Shown piece after piece: positions 1-9,124 of a stretch of 64,000 bases of DNA. Source of the stretch: Escherichia phage warpig; the sequence record MN850637.1; one strand, written 5' to 3'. A program made the translations under genes and the position numbers. Position 1 is the stretch's first letter, and every line of letters begins with the position of its first letter. The notes below the pieces were generated by a model, which saw only the letters and a program-made list of their open reading frames with translations, was not told the origin of the DNA and searched no databases.

Positions 1-65
1 GGTAACATGACTCGATATCATTTTGACAATTGTAAGAAAAAATAACCTTATGTAAAACTTGACAA

Positions 66-106
66 GGTGATGTAGGTCTTGATAGGCTTACATCACCTTT
101 TTATTT
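66..106 (+). terminator. Rho-independent terminator-like hairpin (stem GGTGATGTA/TACATCACC) followed by T-run
   Basis: 9-bp inverted repeat at 66-74/89-97 followed by TTTTTATTT. Confidence 0.5.
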
Positions 107-117
107 GGAGTTACATT

Positions 118-453
118 ATGGACTTGTGGCTTTATGTAGCAGTTTGTGGGATTGTATGTCTGATAATCTTATTTATTCTTGGAATAATGCGATTTAGAGA
201 CATCATACAGTCAGATTTTTTGCCTGAGTTTGCCATGATAGTTGGAGTTATTATACTTTGTGTCTTGGCAGTGTTCTATTCGTACAAAACTGTGATATGG
301 ATGGATGCAAACAATTGTGTAAAAACTCATCAACATCGTGAGGTTACTTATTTTGTAAGTGTACTTAGTGGGAACACCACTATACTTGTCCCACAAACTT
401 CTGTAGAGTATCTTTACACATGTGATAATGGTAAAACTATATGGTGGAATTAA
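118..453 (+). CDS. small hydrophobic membrane protein (hypothetical)
   Basis: ORF track frame 79..453; first ATG at 118 preceded by GGAG; hydrophobic N-terminal segments. Confidence 0.4.
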   Translation: MDLWLYVAVCGIVCLIILFILGIMRFRDIIQSDFLPEFAMIVGVIILCVLAVFYSYKTVIWMDANNCVKTHQHREVTYFVSVLSGNTTILVPQTSVEYLYTCDNGKTIWWN

Positions 454-656
454 CAATGACAACACTCTTGAAAGCATTGATATCCATACTACATATAGCA
501 GTCTTCTTCTTTGGAGTTAGTGTTATGGTATGGGGTTTTTCAGACCCACAATGGAGTTTCTCATATCATGGTCAGATGGATTTATGGTCATGCTTCAAAC
601 CATTTTTAGGGTTAGTCATAGCATTCAGTGCATTACCAACTAAGGTGAAATTATGA
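441..656 (+). CDS. small membrane protein (hypothetical)
   Basis: ORF track; hydrophobic stretch LISILHIAVFFFGVSVMVWGF; alternative ATG at 456. Confidence 0.35.
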   Translation: MVELTMTTLLKALISILHIAVFFFGVSVMVWGFSDPQWSFSYHGQMDLWSCFKPFLGLVIAFSALPTKVKL

Positions 657-1048
657 TTAAGTTGAGCCAAAAACAGTTAGAGTGGATTAAAGATTATGCC
701 TCAGAGTGTGGCTCTTGTGAAAAGAATCACGTAAGATACTCAACATTCCACACGGTCTTCACATTGTATATCGGCGACAATGTTCTAAGTGATTCTGTAG
801 AAGATGGTGTAGCATTGCCTAATGAATTGCTTGACAAATTAGCTGTAGTCACTGGAACTTGGTCTGAAGAAGATGGTCACGAACTATCTGATGATGTTGT
901 CTTCTACAGTCTTGAAAACATTATGAATCCAGAGTACATTATGCTAATGACTTGCGCACAAGATTGTGTACCATTACAAAACTTCATTAAAGAGCACTGT
1001 GAAGAATTTATTACTAAACAGGTTCCTTGTCAGGTGGTGTTTGAATGA
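653..1048 (+). CDS. hypothetical protein
   Basis: ORF track; ATG with upstream AAGGTGA; tight spacing with neighbours. Confidence 0.45.
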   Translation: MIKLSQKQLEWIKDYASECGSCEKNHVRYSTFHTVFTLYIGDNVLSDSVEDGVALPNELLDKLAVVTGTWSEEDGHELSDDVVFYSLENIMNPEYIMLMTCAQDCVPLQNFIKEHCEEFITKQVPCQVVFE

Positions 1049-1344
1049 GTAAAACAATTCGAAGAAAAGGTTTAAAGAACGTTCATGGACTCTATGAGTG
1101 GAGAAATGAGGTACGTAACAGAGAAAATGCTTCAGATGTCTACTTCCATTCTGATATGATGTCCAGAAAAGGTGGCTCTTACGACTTCACAAGCCAGCCT
1201 TGTAGAGAGATTAAGAAGGCCACTAAACGTCTTACAAGAACACAAATAAGGCAGCTTTCTAAGACATCCTTCTTAGATGAAGACTTTGACATTGATAGCA
1301 AGTCTCCAAAGAAAGCTGCTCAGAACACTTATATGTATTGGTGA
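1045..1344 (+). CDS. hypothetical protein
   Basis: ORF track; overlapping start/stop with upstream gene (operon-like). Confidence 0.4.
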   Translation: MSKTIRRKGLKNVHGLYEWRNEVRNRENASDVYFHSDMMSRKGGSYDFTSQPCREIKKATKRLTRTQIRQLSKTSFLDEDFDIDSKSPKKAAQNTYMYW

Positions 1345-1353
1345 GGTAACTAG

Positions 1354-1839
1354 ATGAATTACATGGATATTCGACCATTTGATACAGCTAATGGTGAAGG
1401 GGTTCGTGTAAGCCTCTTCGTAGCTGGTTGTAAGCATCACTGCGAAGGCTGCTTTAACAGGGAGTCTTGGAAGTTTAATGCTGGTAAAGTGTTCACTTAT
1501 GCAAACCTATATGGAATCATCCAGTTAATGTGTGACGATGCTGTCAGTGGGTTGTCAATACTTGGTGGAGAACCTCTGGATGATAGAAATATTCAAGAGG
1601 TTACCAATATATGTAAACGTATTAAAACTGTTTACCCAGAGAAGTCTATCTGGCTCTGGACAGGTTTTCAGTTACACGAAAAAATTCACCTAGATGTAAT
1701 GAAATATGTTGACGTGGTGATTGATGGTAAGTATGATTCATCTAAACCAACAGTTAAACCGTATCGTGGTTCTGATAACCAAAACCTCTGGAGAAAAGAG
1801 TATGGGTGGCAAGGTGATTGTCAATGGCGAGCCGAGTAA
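1354..1839 (+). CDS. nrdG: anaerobic ribonucleotide reductase activating protein (radical SAM, NrdG-like)
   Basis: 161 aa; N-terminal MNYMDIRPFDTANGEGVRVSLFVAGCKHHCEGCFN carries the CxxxCxxC radical-SAM cluster motif typical of NrdG. Confidence 0.75.
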   Translation: MNYMDIRPFDTANGEGVRVSLFVAGCKHHCEGCFNRESWKFNAGKVFTYANLYGIIQLMCDDAVSGLSILGGEPLDDRNIQEVTNICKRIKTVYPEKSIWLWTGFQLHEKIHLDVMKYVDVVIDGKYDSSKPTVKPYRGSDNQNLWRKEYGWQGDCQWRAE

Positions 1840-1964
1840 GTCTCGTCGTAAAGTAGGTTATCGGTAAAGGCCACTTTACAATGTTCTACAGAACAAACTT
1901 AACCGTTTGGTGTCACTGAAGAAGAACTTAAAACCTTTTGTGAAAAGATTGAGAGAGACATGAA

Positions 1965-2222
1965 ATGGGACTCTGGAATAGTTTTAAATCAAAAGTAAAA
2001 GCAGCACTAGCTTCATTAGGTATGCTCACTGGTGTTGATGTGACTCATCTTATGCAGAACTTTAAGATGGATGAGAAGCTGGCTAATGAGATTATGAAAA
2101 GTATCTATGTAGGCCGTGGCAAAGGTGGTAAGAAACAAGCCCACCGTCCGTCTGGTGCAGCAGCTATTAAACGAGCAGCTAAGAAAGCTCGTAACCGTAA
2201 ACGTAATAAGAAGGCTAAATAA
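1965..2222 (+). CDS. hypothetical protein with highly basic C-terminus
   Basis: ORF track; Lys/Arg-rich tail KKARNRKRNKKAK. Confidence 0.4.
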   Translation: MGLWNSFKSKVKAALASLGMLTGVDVTHLMQNFKMDEKLANEIMKSIYVGRGKGGKKQAHRPSGAAAIKRAAKKARNRKRNKKAK

Positions 2223-2224
2223 TC

Positions 2225-2545
2225 ATGAGCAAAGTTTATAACACTCGCAAATTACAGATTTTCGTACTGTGCCAGTTTATGGCTAAAGAGTATAACTTCT
2301 ACTATTGTGGTACAGGTTTTATTAGCGATGATGATGGCTCATACCTCCCATTCAAAGAAGCTGTGAAGCTCTTTAATGAAGAGAAAAGCTCTAAGAAAGA
2401 TATTGAAAAGGTTAAGCTAACCTACAGCAAGAAAGATAAGAAGATTATCTGCCTAGATAACTTTGTAAAAGTTACTGGGGAAGCAAAAGAGTTTATGGAT
2501 GAGAGTGAGATTTCATTCACAAGCATCTTGAAAGTAGCTCAGTAA
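2225..2545 (+). CDS. hypothetical protein
   Basis: ORF track; followed by hairpin plus T-run at about 2558-2586. Confidence 0.4.
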   Translation: MSKVYNTRKLQIFVLCQFMAKEYNFYYCGTGFISDDDGSYLPFKEAVKLFNEEKSSKKDIEKVKLTYSKKDKKIICLDNFVKVTGEAKEFMDESEISFTSILKVAQ

Positions 2546-2557
2546 ACAGATACTATA

Positions 2558-2586
2558 GGGGAACTGTAAAGGTTCCCTTTTTATTT
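2558..2586 (+). terminator. Rho-independent terminator
   Basis: GGGAAC..GTTCCC stem followed by TTTTTATTTT. Confidence 0.5.
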
Positions 2587-2596
2587 TGGAGGTAAA

Positions 2597-3112
2597 ATGT
2601 ATCTGTCAAACCTGAAACGTTCGGTTGCAATGTCAGTTCTAAGACTCAGCTTTGATGAGCGTCAAGAGTTTATAGACTCCCACAAATATGACCCTTCAAA
2701 TTCTAATCACATGGTTCTTTGGAATCGTGACAACTTCCGTGAAAGAGCACTTGTCCGTTATTACCCACACTACACAATAGATAACCTGTATGAATGGTGT
2801 GTTGTGAAGAACACCATTGCAACACTGAACAATCTTTGCAGGTATACAGGTAAGCAAACATTTACACTAGGCCACCACAAACCTGTTACAAAAGGTGGTG
2901 AACATCACTGTGCGAACTGGTTTATCCAAACTAAAGCTGATAACCAGAAGCAAGGAGATAGCCTCCTAAGTATCCCTAAGATGACCTATGAAGAGCAAGA
3001 GAAATATATCAAAAATAATATGCCAGATGTGCTTGACAACAACTATACAGATTTGGCAATATCTCTCCTGTTGAAGTTCGAGACAGTTTATAGGGCAACT
3101 TATAATGGCTAA
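2597..3112 (+). CDS. HNH-type endonuclease-like protein (putative homing endonuclease)
   Basis: 171 aa; segment LGHHKPVTKGGEHHCANWFIQTKADNQKQGD resembles the HNH His-His..N..N core. Confidence 0.4.
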   Translation: MYLSNLKRSVAMSVLRLSFDERQEFIDSHKYDPSNSNHMVLWNRDNFRERALVRYYPHYTIDNLYEWCVVKNTIATLNNLCRYTGKQTFTLGHHKPVTKGGEHHCANWFIQTKADNQKQGDSLLSIPKMTYEEQEKYIKNNMPDVLDNNYTDLAISLLLKFETVYRATYNG

Positions 3113-3383
3113 AGAAAAGTGGGGGATTTTACCATTAGTCAGTGAAGGAGGTAATGGTTGTGAGATGTACATGATACGTGGTCATGTTCCAGAACCAATT
3201 GCACTTGAGATGGTAAACAACTTTACAGATGGTTCTTACAAAGACTTAGGAGAGCCAACTATAAAGCAGCAATGGGTAAAGCCTGTCCCAGACAGCACAG
3301 GTAACTGTAGTGTACTTTACCACGTTGTAGACCCTGTAAAATGCAAATCTGCAATGGCAGTAACAAACGTAACTTTTGATTGA
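3105..3383 (+). CDS. hypothetical protein
   Basis: ORF track; translationally coupled to flanking genes. Confidence 0.4.
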   Translation: MAKEKWGILPLVSEGGNGCEMYMIRGHVPEPIALEMVNNFTDGSYKDLGEPTIKQQWVKPVPDSTGNCSVLYHVVDPVKCKSAMAVTNVTFD

Positions 3384-4276
3384 GAGAGAAAACTATGAAA
3401 ACATCTATCCGTGTCACAATTCATTCACCGACTAAAGGAACTCATGAAGAAGAGTTTAACATCATCCAATTCCCTTCTGGTGAGATTGGTGGCCACTTTT
3501 CACAAGAGCTTGTTGATTTTACTGCTTATGCAGCATCATCTATTAACAATGTGGTTATGATTGTAAAGGGTTATGACAAAGACACACTGTTTGCTGTGGC
3601 ACTGGCTAAAGAAGCAATTGACGATTTAGTTCCTCATGATTATGCCCTGAAGACTGTCATTTTTTACTACTTGCCAAATGCACGATACGACCGTCACATG
3701 TTTAAAGGCGACGCAGCAGCTTTAAAGGTTTTTGCTAAACAGGTAAATGCAATGGGATTTGGTGCAGTCTGTGCAGTTGACCCTCACAGTTATGTACCAG
3801 ATAACCTGTTTAACTGCTTCCAAAGTATTCCTCAAAAGGAGATTGCAGTCCACTATGCAAATGACCCTCTAATTGATTACTTAGTAGCCCCAGATGCAGG
3901 TGCTTCTAAGAAGATTGCAGAGACTGCTAAAGAGGCGGATAAACCATATATCACAATGTCTAAGGTGCGAAATCTTAAGACTGGAGAAATCACTGGTATG
4001 CGAATCCTTGACGATGTTGATTTGACCGATAAAACCGTCATGATTCTTGATGATATCTGTGATGGTGGTCGAACCTTCGTAGAGGCAGCTAAACACCTAC
4101 GTGAAGCAGGTGCAAAACGTGTTGAGCTTTATGTAACACATGGTATCTTCTCTAAAGGTGTTGAAAACCTTCTTGACAACGGTATCGACCATATTTACAC
4201 TACAAACTCTTTAGGCGAAGCTAAAGACCGTGGCTTAACACATTATGGTCAAGTTACTGTAGCAAACCTTGATTGA
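3380..4276 (+). CDS. ribose-phosphate pyrophosphokinase (PRPP synthetase)-family protein; candidate ADP-ribose pyrophosphokinase of an NAD+ reconstitution pathway
   Basis: 298 aa; phosphoribosyltransferase-type PRPP-binding loop VMILDDICDGGRTF; directly upstream of a NAMPT-like gene. Confidence 0.75.
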   Translation: MREKTMKTSIRVTIHSPTKGTHEEEFNIIQFPSGEIGGHFSQELVDFTAYAASSINNVVMIVKGYDKDTLFAVALAKEAIDDLVPHDYALKTVIFYYLPNARYDRHMFKGDAAALKVFAKQVNAMGFGAVCAVDPHSYVPDNLFNCFQSIPQKEIAVHYANDPLIDYLVAPDAGASKKIAETAKEADKPYITMSKVRNLKTGEITGMRILDDVDLTDKTVMILDDICDGGRTFVEAAKHLREAGAKRVELYVTHGIFSKGVENLLDNGIDHIYTTNSLGEAKDRGLTHYGQVTVANLD

Positions 4277-4285
4277 AACTTTATA

Positions 4286-4308
4286 GGGGCTTGAAAGCCC
4301 CATTTTGA
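4286..4308 (+). terminator. hairpin GGGGCT/AGCCCC with short T-run
   Basis: inverted repeat between the two NAD-pathway genes; weak T tract, so may be attenuating only. Confidence 0.35.
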
Positions 4309-4321
4309 GAGAGATTAAAAG

Positions 4322-6103
4322 ATGACTAAATCACTTTATGCAGTACCAGCAGGTTTAAACGCAGATGCTTACAAGTCTGGTCATGTTTACCAGTATCCTA
4401 GTGCAACAGAGTACTTGATGTTCAACCTGACACCACGTAGTGACAAATGGTTTAACAGCCCCTTAGCAATTGATGGTGTAGTGGCTTTTGGTATTCAACG
4501 TTTCGTTAAAGATTACTTGATAGACCACTGGAACGCCACTTTCTTTGAACGTGATAAAAAAGAAGCAATTGACGAAATCTTAGAAGTCATGAATGGTGTT
4601 TTGGGTAAAGATGCTATCGGTCGAGAGCATTGGGAAGCACTTCACGACTTAGGCTATCTACCAGTTGAAGTATACGCTGTAGAAGAAGGTACAGTTGTTC
4701 CGATGCGTGTCCCAATGATTGTCTTTCAGAACACTGTTTCAGGTTTCCATTGGGTAGCAGGGTATCTGGAAGATGCTTTCTCTGCTGAGATTTGGAAGGC
4801 TTGTACCATTGCAACTATTGCATTGCACTACAAACGTATCTGTAAGAAGTGGGCTGACCTTACTTGTGACAATGACTTACATTTACCTTACCAGTGCCAT
4901 GACTTTGCTATGCGTGGTATGTCAGGCTTTACTGATGACGCATTTAACGCTGTAGGCCACTTAACCAGCTTTAAAGGGACTGATAGCTTCCCTGCTGTAT
5001 ATACAGCTAAACGCATCTACGGACAGTCTTACCCAGTCTCTGATATTGGTGGTTCTGTACCAGCCACTGAACACTCTGTAATGTGTGCAAACATTGCTTG
5101 GGAAGGTGGTAATGAATTGATTGAAGAGGAAAGACGCTTTAAAGGTGAATTACAAACCTTCCGTCGCTTCTTAACAGAAACTTACCCAACTGGTATTGCA
5201 AGTATTGTTTCAGATACTTATAACTTCTGGAGAACTGTGTCAGAAATCTTACCAGCACTTCGTAAAGAGATTATGGAACGTGACGGTAAACTGGTAATTC
5301 GTCCTGACTCTGGAGACCCTGTACATATTGTCACAGGTTATAAAGCAATCCACTTAGAGTGTGCTAAAAAGGCTTATTACGAGCACCTAAGCAAGCTGGA
5401 AGCCAGTGACACAATGCTGAATGCTGTTCTGAACATGAAGCTTGAAAACATCAGCTATGGTATTGCTGGATGGCTACTGTCAGAAGGCTACGAAATGGTT
5501 GTTGACCGAGAAGACTTTGAAGTTGCTGATACAGTGATGTTGAAAAATACTTATATGGTTGGCTCTGCAAACGTTGTAACACGTCCTGTAGCAGAGATTG
5601 ATGGAGCTATTAAGACCCTGTACAACATCTTCGGAGGGACTATTAACTCTAAAGGGTTTAAGGTACTGGATGAGCACATCGGCCTTATCTATGGTGACTC
5701 TATCACACTGGAACGTGCAAACGAAATCCTGAAGCGTCTGTATGAAATGGGTTTTGCAAGCTCTAACGTAGTGTTTGGCGTAGGCTCTTACACTTACCAG
5801 TACATGACTCGTGACACCTTTGCATTTGCTGTTAAAGCAACTCTTGCAAGCATTGGTGGTAAAGAGATTATGCTTGCAAAAGACCCTAAAACAGATAGTG
5901 GTGTTAAGAAGTCTGCTTTTGGTGGTGTAGCACCTATGTGGGATGGTGATAAGTTGAAAGCTGTAGATGGCTATGGATTCCAGAGCTTTGCAGATGCACT
6001 TGAACATCCAGCTTGTGCTTTACGTTTAGTCTTTAGTGACTCTGAGCAGTACGGTTACACATCTCTTGGTGATATTCGAAATAATATTGACAAGCAGCTT
6101 TAA
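4322..6103 (+). CDS. nadV: nicotinamide phosphoribosyltransferase (NAMPT/NadV)-family protein
   Basis: 593 aa; NAPRTase-family signature LVIRPDSGDPV; N-terminal YKSGHVYQYP. Confidence 0.8.
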   Translation: MTKSLYAVPAGLNADAYKSGHVYQYPSATEYLMFNLTPRSDKWFNSPLAIDGVVAFGIQRFVKDYLIDHWNATFFERDKKEAIDEILEVMNGVLGKDAIGREHWEALHDLGYLPVEVYAVEEGTVVPMRVPMIVFQNTVSGFHWVAGYLEDAFSAEIWKACTIATIALHYKRICKKWADLTCDNDLHLPYQCHDFAMRGMSGFTDDAFNAVGHLTSFKGTDSFPAVYTAKRIYGQSYPVSDIGGSVPATEHSVMCANIAWEGGNELIEEERRFKGELQTFRRFLTETYPTGIASIVSDTYNFWRTVSEILPALRKEIMERDGKLVIRPDSGDPVHIVTGYKAIHLECAKKAYYEHLSKLEASDTMLNAVLNMKLENISYGIAGWLLSEGYEMVVDREDFEVADTVMLKNTYMVGSANVVTRPVAEIDGAIKTLYNIFGGTINSKGFKVLDEHIGLIYGDSITLERANEILKRLYEMGFASSNVVFGVGSYTYQYMTRDTFAFAVKATLASIGGKEIMLAKDPKTDSGVKKSAFGGVAPMWDGDKLKAVDGYGFQSFADALEHPACALRLVFSDSEQYGYTSLGDIRNNIDKQL

Positions 6104-6118
6104 AAGTATATGATAAGA

Positions 6119-6143
6119 GGCTCCTACGGGAGCCTTTTTAATT
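6119..6143 (+). terminator. Rho-independent terminator
   Basis: GGCTCC-TACG-GGAGCC followed by TTTTTAATTT. Confidence 0.6.
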
Positions 6144-6156
6144 TCTGGAGAAGACT

Positions 6157-6492
6157 ATGAAAATCAAAGAAATGAACATCAATATTGTCTTAGAAGAACG
6201 TTGGGAGAACATCAAGAAGCCTGAAGATGGTAAGAAGTTCCTTAACAAAATTTTAGTAGCAGCTAAAGAAGAACTGACTGGCAAGATTGCAGCAGCAATC
6301 ACAATAAAAGTCTGTGTAAAAGGTCTTCCAGACAACCACCAATTTGCGCTTGACGAGTTTAAAGAAAGCTTCTACAATCCAAACAAACAGATGCTTGAAA
6401 GTAACTTTGCAGTATCTACAAGTATCGTCCATGACAGAAGCTTTATCCTTTACAAAAATATGAGAGGTGAGTCATGCAAGCATATTGGATAG
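6157..6492 (+). CDS. hypothetical protein
   Basis: ORF track; ATG preceded by GGAGAAG. Confidence 0.45.
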   Translation: MKIKEMNINIVLEERWENIKKPEDGKKFLNKILVAAKEELTGKIAAAITIKVCVKGLPDNHQFALDEFKESFYNPNKQMLESNFAVSTSIVHDRSFILYKNMRGESCKHIG

Positions 6493-6650
6493 AAATTTTA
6501 CTGTCACTTGGTAGTGTAGCAGTTTTTGTTTACCTTCTTTGCAAGTACTATGCAGAGTACAAGAAGTGTGATTACTGCAACGGGGAAGGGTACACAAGAG
6601 CAGGTTGTTGCCCTATTTGTGGTGGTTCTGGTAAAATGTTTAATAAGTAA
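6474..6650 (+). CDS. small membrane-anchored zinc-ribbon peptide (58 aa, two CxxCxGxG motifs)
   Basis: Not in the >=60 aa ORF track; ATG at 6474 preceded by GAGGTGA; translation MQAYWIEILLSLGSVAVFVYLLCKYYAEYKKCDYCNGEGYTRAGCCPICGGSGKMFNK. Confidence 0.4.
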   Translation: MQAYWIEILLSLGSVAVFVYLLCKYYAEYKKCDYCNGEGYTRAGCCPICGGSGKMFNK

Positions 6651-6678
6651 TTTAACAGTAAACTAAGAGGAAAGTATT

Positions 6679-9045
6679 ATGCGCATGGTAAACGACCACG
6701 CAGAAGTGATTAAGAGTTCAACTTCTTTGGAGACATCTCAAGCACAGATTACAATGACACCTGAAATGTTCAGCCTTTTGAGTTCAGGTGTATACACATT
6801 CAAAGAAAGGGCAGTGATTCGTGAACTGTCATGTAACGCAGTAGATGCTCAAAAAGAAGCTGGAAAAGAGAACATCCCATTCCATGTGCATTTACCTACT
6901 CGATTTGAGCCTTACTTTGAAGTCCGTGACTTTGGAACTGGTTTAACCCATGACAAAGTAATGAGTTTGTATCTGAACTATGGGGCTTCTACGAAGAATG
7001 ACTCCAATGATTACATTGGTGCAATGGGTATCGGCTCAAAATCACCATTTGCAATTGCTCAGTCATTCACAGTATCTAGCTATGTTGATGGTGTTGTTAA
7101 TAAGTACTCTGTTTACCTTGAGAATGGTATCCCTCAAGTAACTAAGCTTACTACCAACCCAACAAATGAACCCAATGGTTTAGCTGTACGTGTAGCAGTT
7201 GCTGACCATCGTATTTCAAAGTTCTTTGAAGAGGCTGGTCACGTATACTCATACTTTGCTGTAAAACCAGAAAGTAACATTGTATATGATGATGTATTAG
7301 CAGATATGAATGTCATTGCCCGTGAAGATGGTGTTTATGATGCTATGATTCATAAGCAAAGCTGGCGTTCTAGTGGTAACAGGACAGAGTTTAATGTGGT
7401 GATGGGTAATATTGCCTATCCAGTGAACATGGAAGCATTACTTGGTGATGATTTCTTCAAAGTCTTGCCAGAGTTTTTCCGTAGGAGCGTAGACCTTGTA
7501 AACATCTACATGCCTATTGGTTCAGTTGCTATAGCAGCTTCTCGTGAAGCCTTGCAGATGAATGATACGACAAAAAATGTTATCATTGAGGCAACTAAAA
7601 AGATAACTGAAGCAATTACAAAGGATGTTATCAAGAAAGTTAATAGCCAACCTACACTCATGGATGCTGCACAGGCTTATGCTGAGTTACGTTTGAACTC
7701 ACGAGAGATGTTTAATGCTGTGTGTCCAAAGCTAGAGTGGGGAGGCGTTAAGCTTGATTCTCTGGAAGAAGAATTACTAAACATTCGTCGTGGGATTATC
7801 TACGCAGAAGACGGCTCAGTCATTTATGAACGTGACGGTAAAGGTAATATCAAGGTTGATAGGAACGGGAACAATATCCCTAAAGTGGATTATCTTTATA
7901 ATCCAGTTGCTTATGTCAAGTTCAACTCTTTAGAGAGTAAGATTCGTGCAGCAGCACTTTCCTACACTCAAGAGGCAAGTATGTTCAATATCTTTGGTGC
8001 AATGCGTAAAAGCCAAATTGAACAGTTTTTGTTCGTGATTAATGACCGTCGTAATAAAAATGGCACTGAGAAGACTGTAGGCCGCAATCAGATTCTGCGT
8101 GGTGCATGTCGAGACTACGCTAGCGAGTCAAGCCTGTTCCACAGATACAATGGTATTGTGTTTGTATTCTCGACTGAAAAAGAGTTAGATGATTTAATCA
8201 ATCTACACAAGCTTGATAAAAGTTTGTTAAAGATTGTGAAGATGTCTGATAAGGAACACCATTATCAGCGTAAAGAAGCTGTGAGGGGTGTTGTAAAACT
8301 CTGGAAAGCTGTTCCATCAGAAACTAAAGCTTCATACACAGAGGTGTCAGAAGACCTAGATACAATTGAAGAACCCCAGCTTTATATCAAGGCAGTAGGC
8401 GACACAGTTGATGGTGAATGTTTTTGCTCATCCCCAGAAGATGTAGCTAAAACAATTGCTAATGTTATAGGAAAAACAGTCTATGTTTTCCGAAAAGCAA
8501 ATTGGAAAAAGATACCAGAAGACTGGATTGAAGTAGATGAGAAGCTATTGAATGACAGCTTAACTGATGTTCACTGGATTAATCATAACAGGTATATGAC
8601 ACGTATCTATATGAATGGTGTCCTTGACCTTACAAGTAGTTGGATTATTGCCAGAAACTTTACGTTTAATAACAAGAAGATTTCTCGCGGGTATTGCTAT
8701 TCACGAGATACAAACAAAACCATCTTCTTAGAAGGTAATGAGAATGCTGTTGAGGCAATGTTTGGTAAGATTCAGTATGTGGCTGCACCGTTTGCATACA
8801 CTTACACTATCAGTGTTCTTCAGGATTTGAAGTCATGCCTTGACAATGATACAAGACTGTACAAAAAGATTAAGAAAGCGGGTGACCGCATGGTTATCAA
8901 ACTGACAAACTATCTTTCAAAAAGAAAACAAGAAAACTTCTTGCTTTCTCATTTAGATTGGAATAAAGTGTCACCCATCGAAGTGAGTAAGTTCTTAGGT
9001 TTTGATGTGAAGTGTGTTCCAGAAGGAACTACAATTTACGATTAA
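6679..9045 (+). CDS. rIIA: rIIA-like protein (GHKL/histidine-kinase-type ATPase N-terminal domain)
   Basis: 788 aa; N-terminal ATPase-like region (RELSCNAVDA...VRDFGTGLTHD...GAMGIGSKSPF); immediately followed by an rIIB homologue. Confidence 0.75.
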   Translation: MRMVNDHAEVIKSSTSLETSQAQITMTPEMFSLLSSGVYTFKERAVIRELSCNAVDAQKEAGKENIPFHVHLPTRFEPYFEVRDFGTGLTHDKVMSLYLNYGASTKNDSNDYIGAMGIGSKSPFAIAQSFTVSSYVDGVVNKYSVYLENGIPQVTKLTTNPTNEPNGLAVRVAVADHRISKFFEEAGHVYSYFAVKPESNIVYDDVLADMNVIAREDGVYDAMIHKQSWRSSGNRTEFNVVMGNIAYPVNMEALLGDDFFKVLPEFFRRSVDLVNIYMPIGSVAIAASREALQMNDTTKNVIIEATKKITEAITKDVIKKVNSQPTLMDAAQAYAELRLNSREMFNAVCPKLEWGGVKLDSLEEELLNIRRGIIYAEDGSVIYERDGKGNIKVDRNGNNIPKVDYLYNPVAYVKFNSLESKIRAAALSYTQEASMFNIFGAMRKSQIEQFLFVINDRRNKNGTEKTVGRNQILRGACRDYASESSLFHRYNGIVFVFSTEKELDDLINLHKLDKSLLKIVKMSDKEHHYQRKEAVRGVVKLWKAVPSETKASYTEVSEDLDTIEEPQLYIKAVGDTVDGECFCSSPEDVAKTIANVIGKTVYVFRKANWKKIPEDWIEVDEKLLNDSLTDVHWINHNRYMTRIYMNGVLDLTSSWIIARNFTFNNKKISRGYCYSRDTNKTIFLEGNENAVEAMFGKIQYVAAPFAYTYTISVLQDLKSCLDNDTRLYKKIKKAGDRMVIKLTNYLSKRKQENFLLSHLDWNKVSPIEVSKFLGFDVKCVPEGTTIYD

Positions 9046-9050
9046 AGTGT

Positions 9051-9124
9051 TTGACAAGGGGCTTCGAAGCCCCTTAGAATAGCCTTACAAAATGATTTAT
9101 TAACTAACAAGAGAGAGTAATAAG
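9051..9124 (+). promoter_or_regulatory. promoter-like element TTGACA-N18-TAGAAT with perfect 16-bp palindrome GGGGCTTCGAAGCCCC in the spacer
   Basis: Read directly; same palindrome-in-spacer layout as the class-1 cassettes at 15-18.5 kb. Confidence 0.4.

Noticed and set aside
5480-6007. 175-aa - strand ORF inside the NAMPT-like gene
   Set aside because: Antisense to a gene with clear family signatures; Cys-rich low-complexity translation typical of spurious frames.
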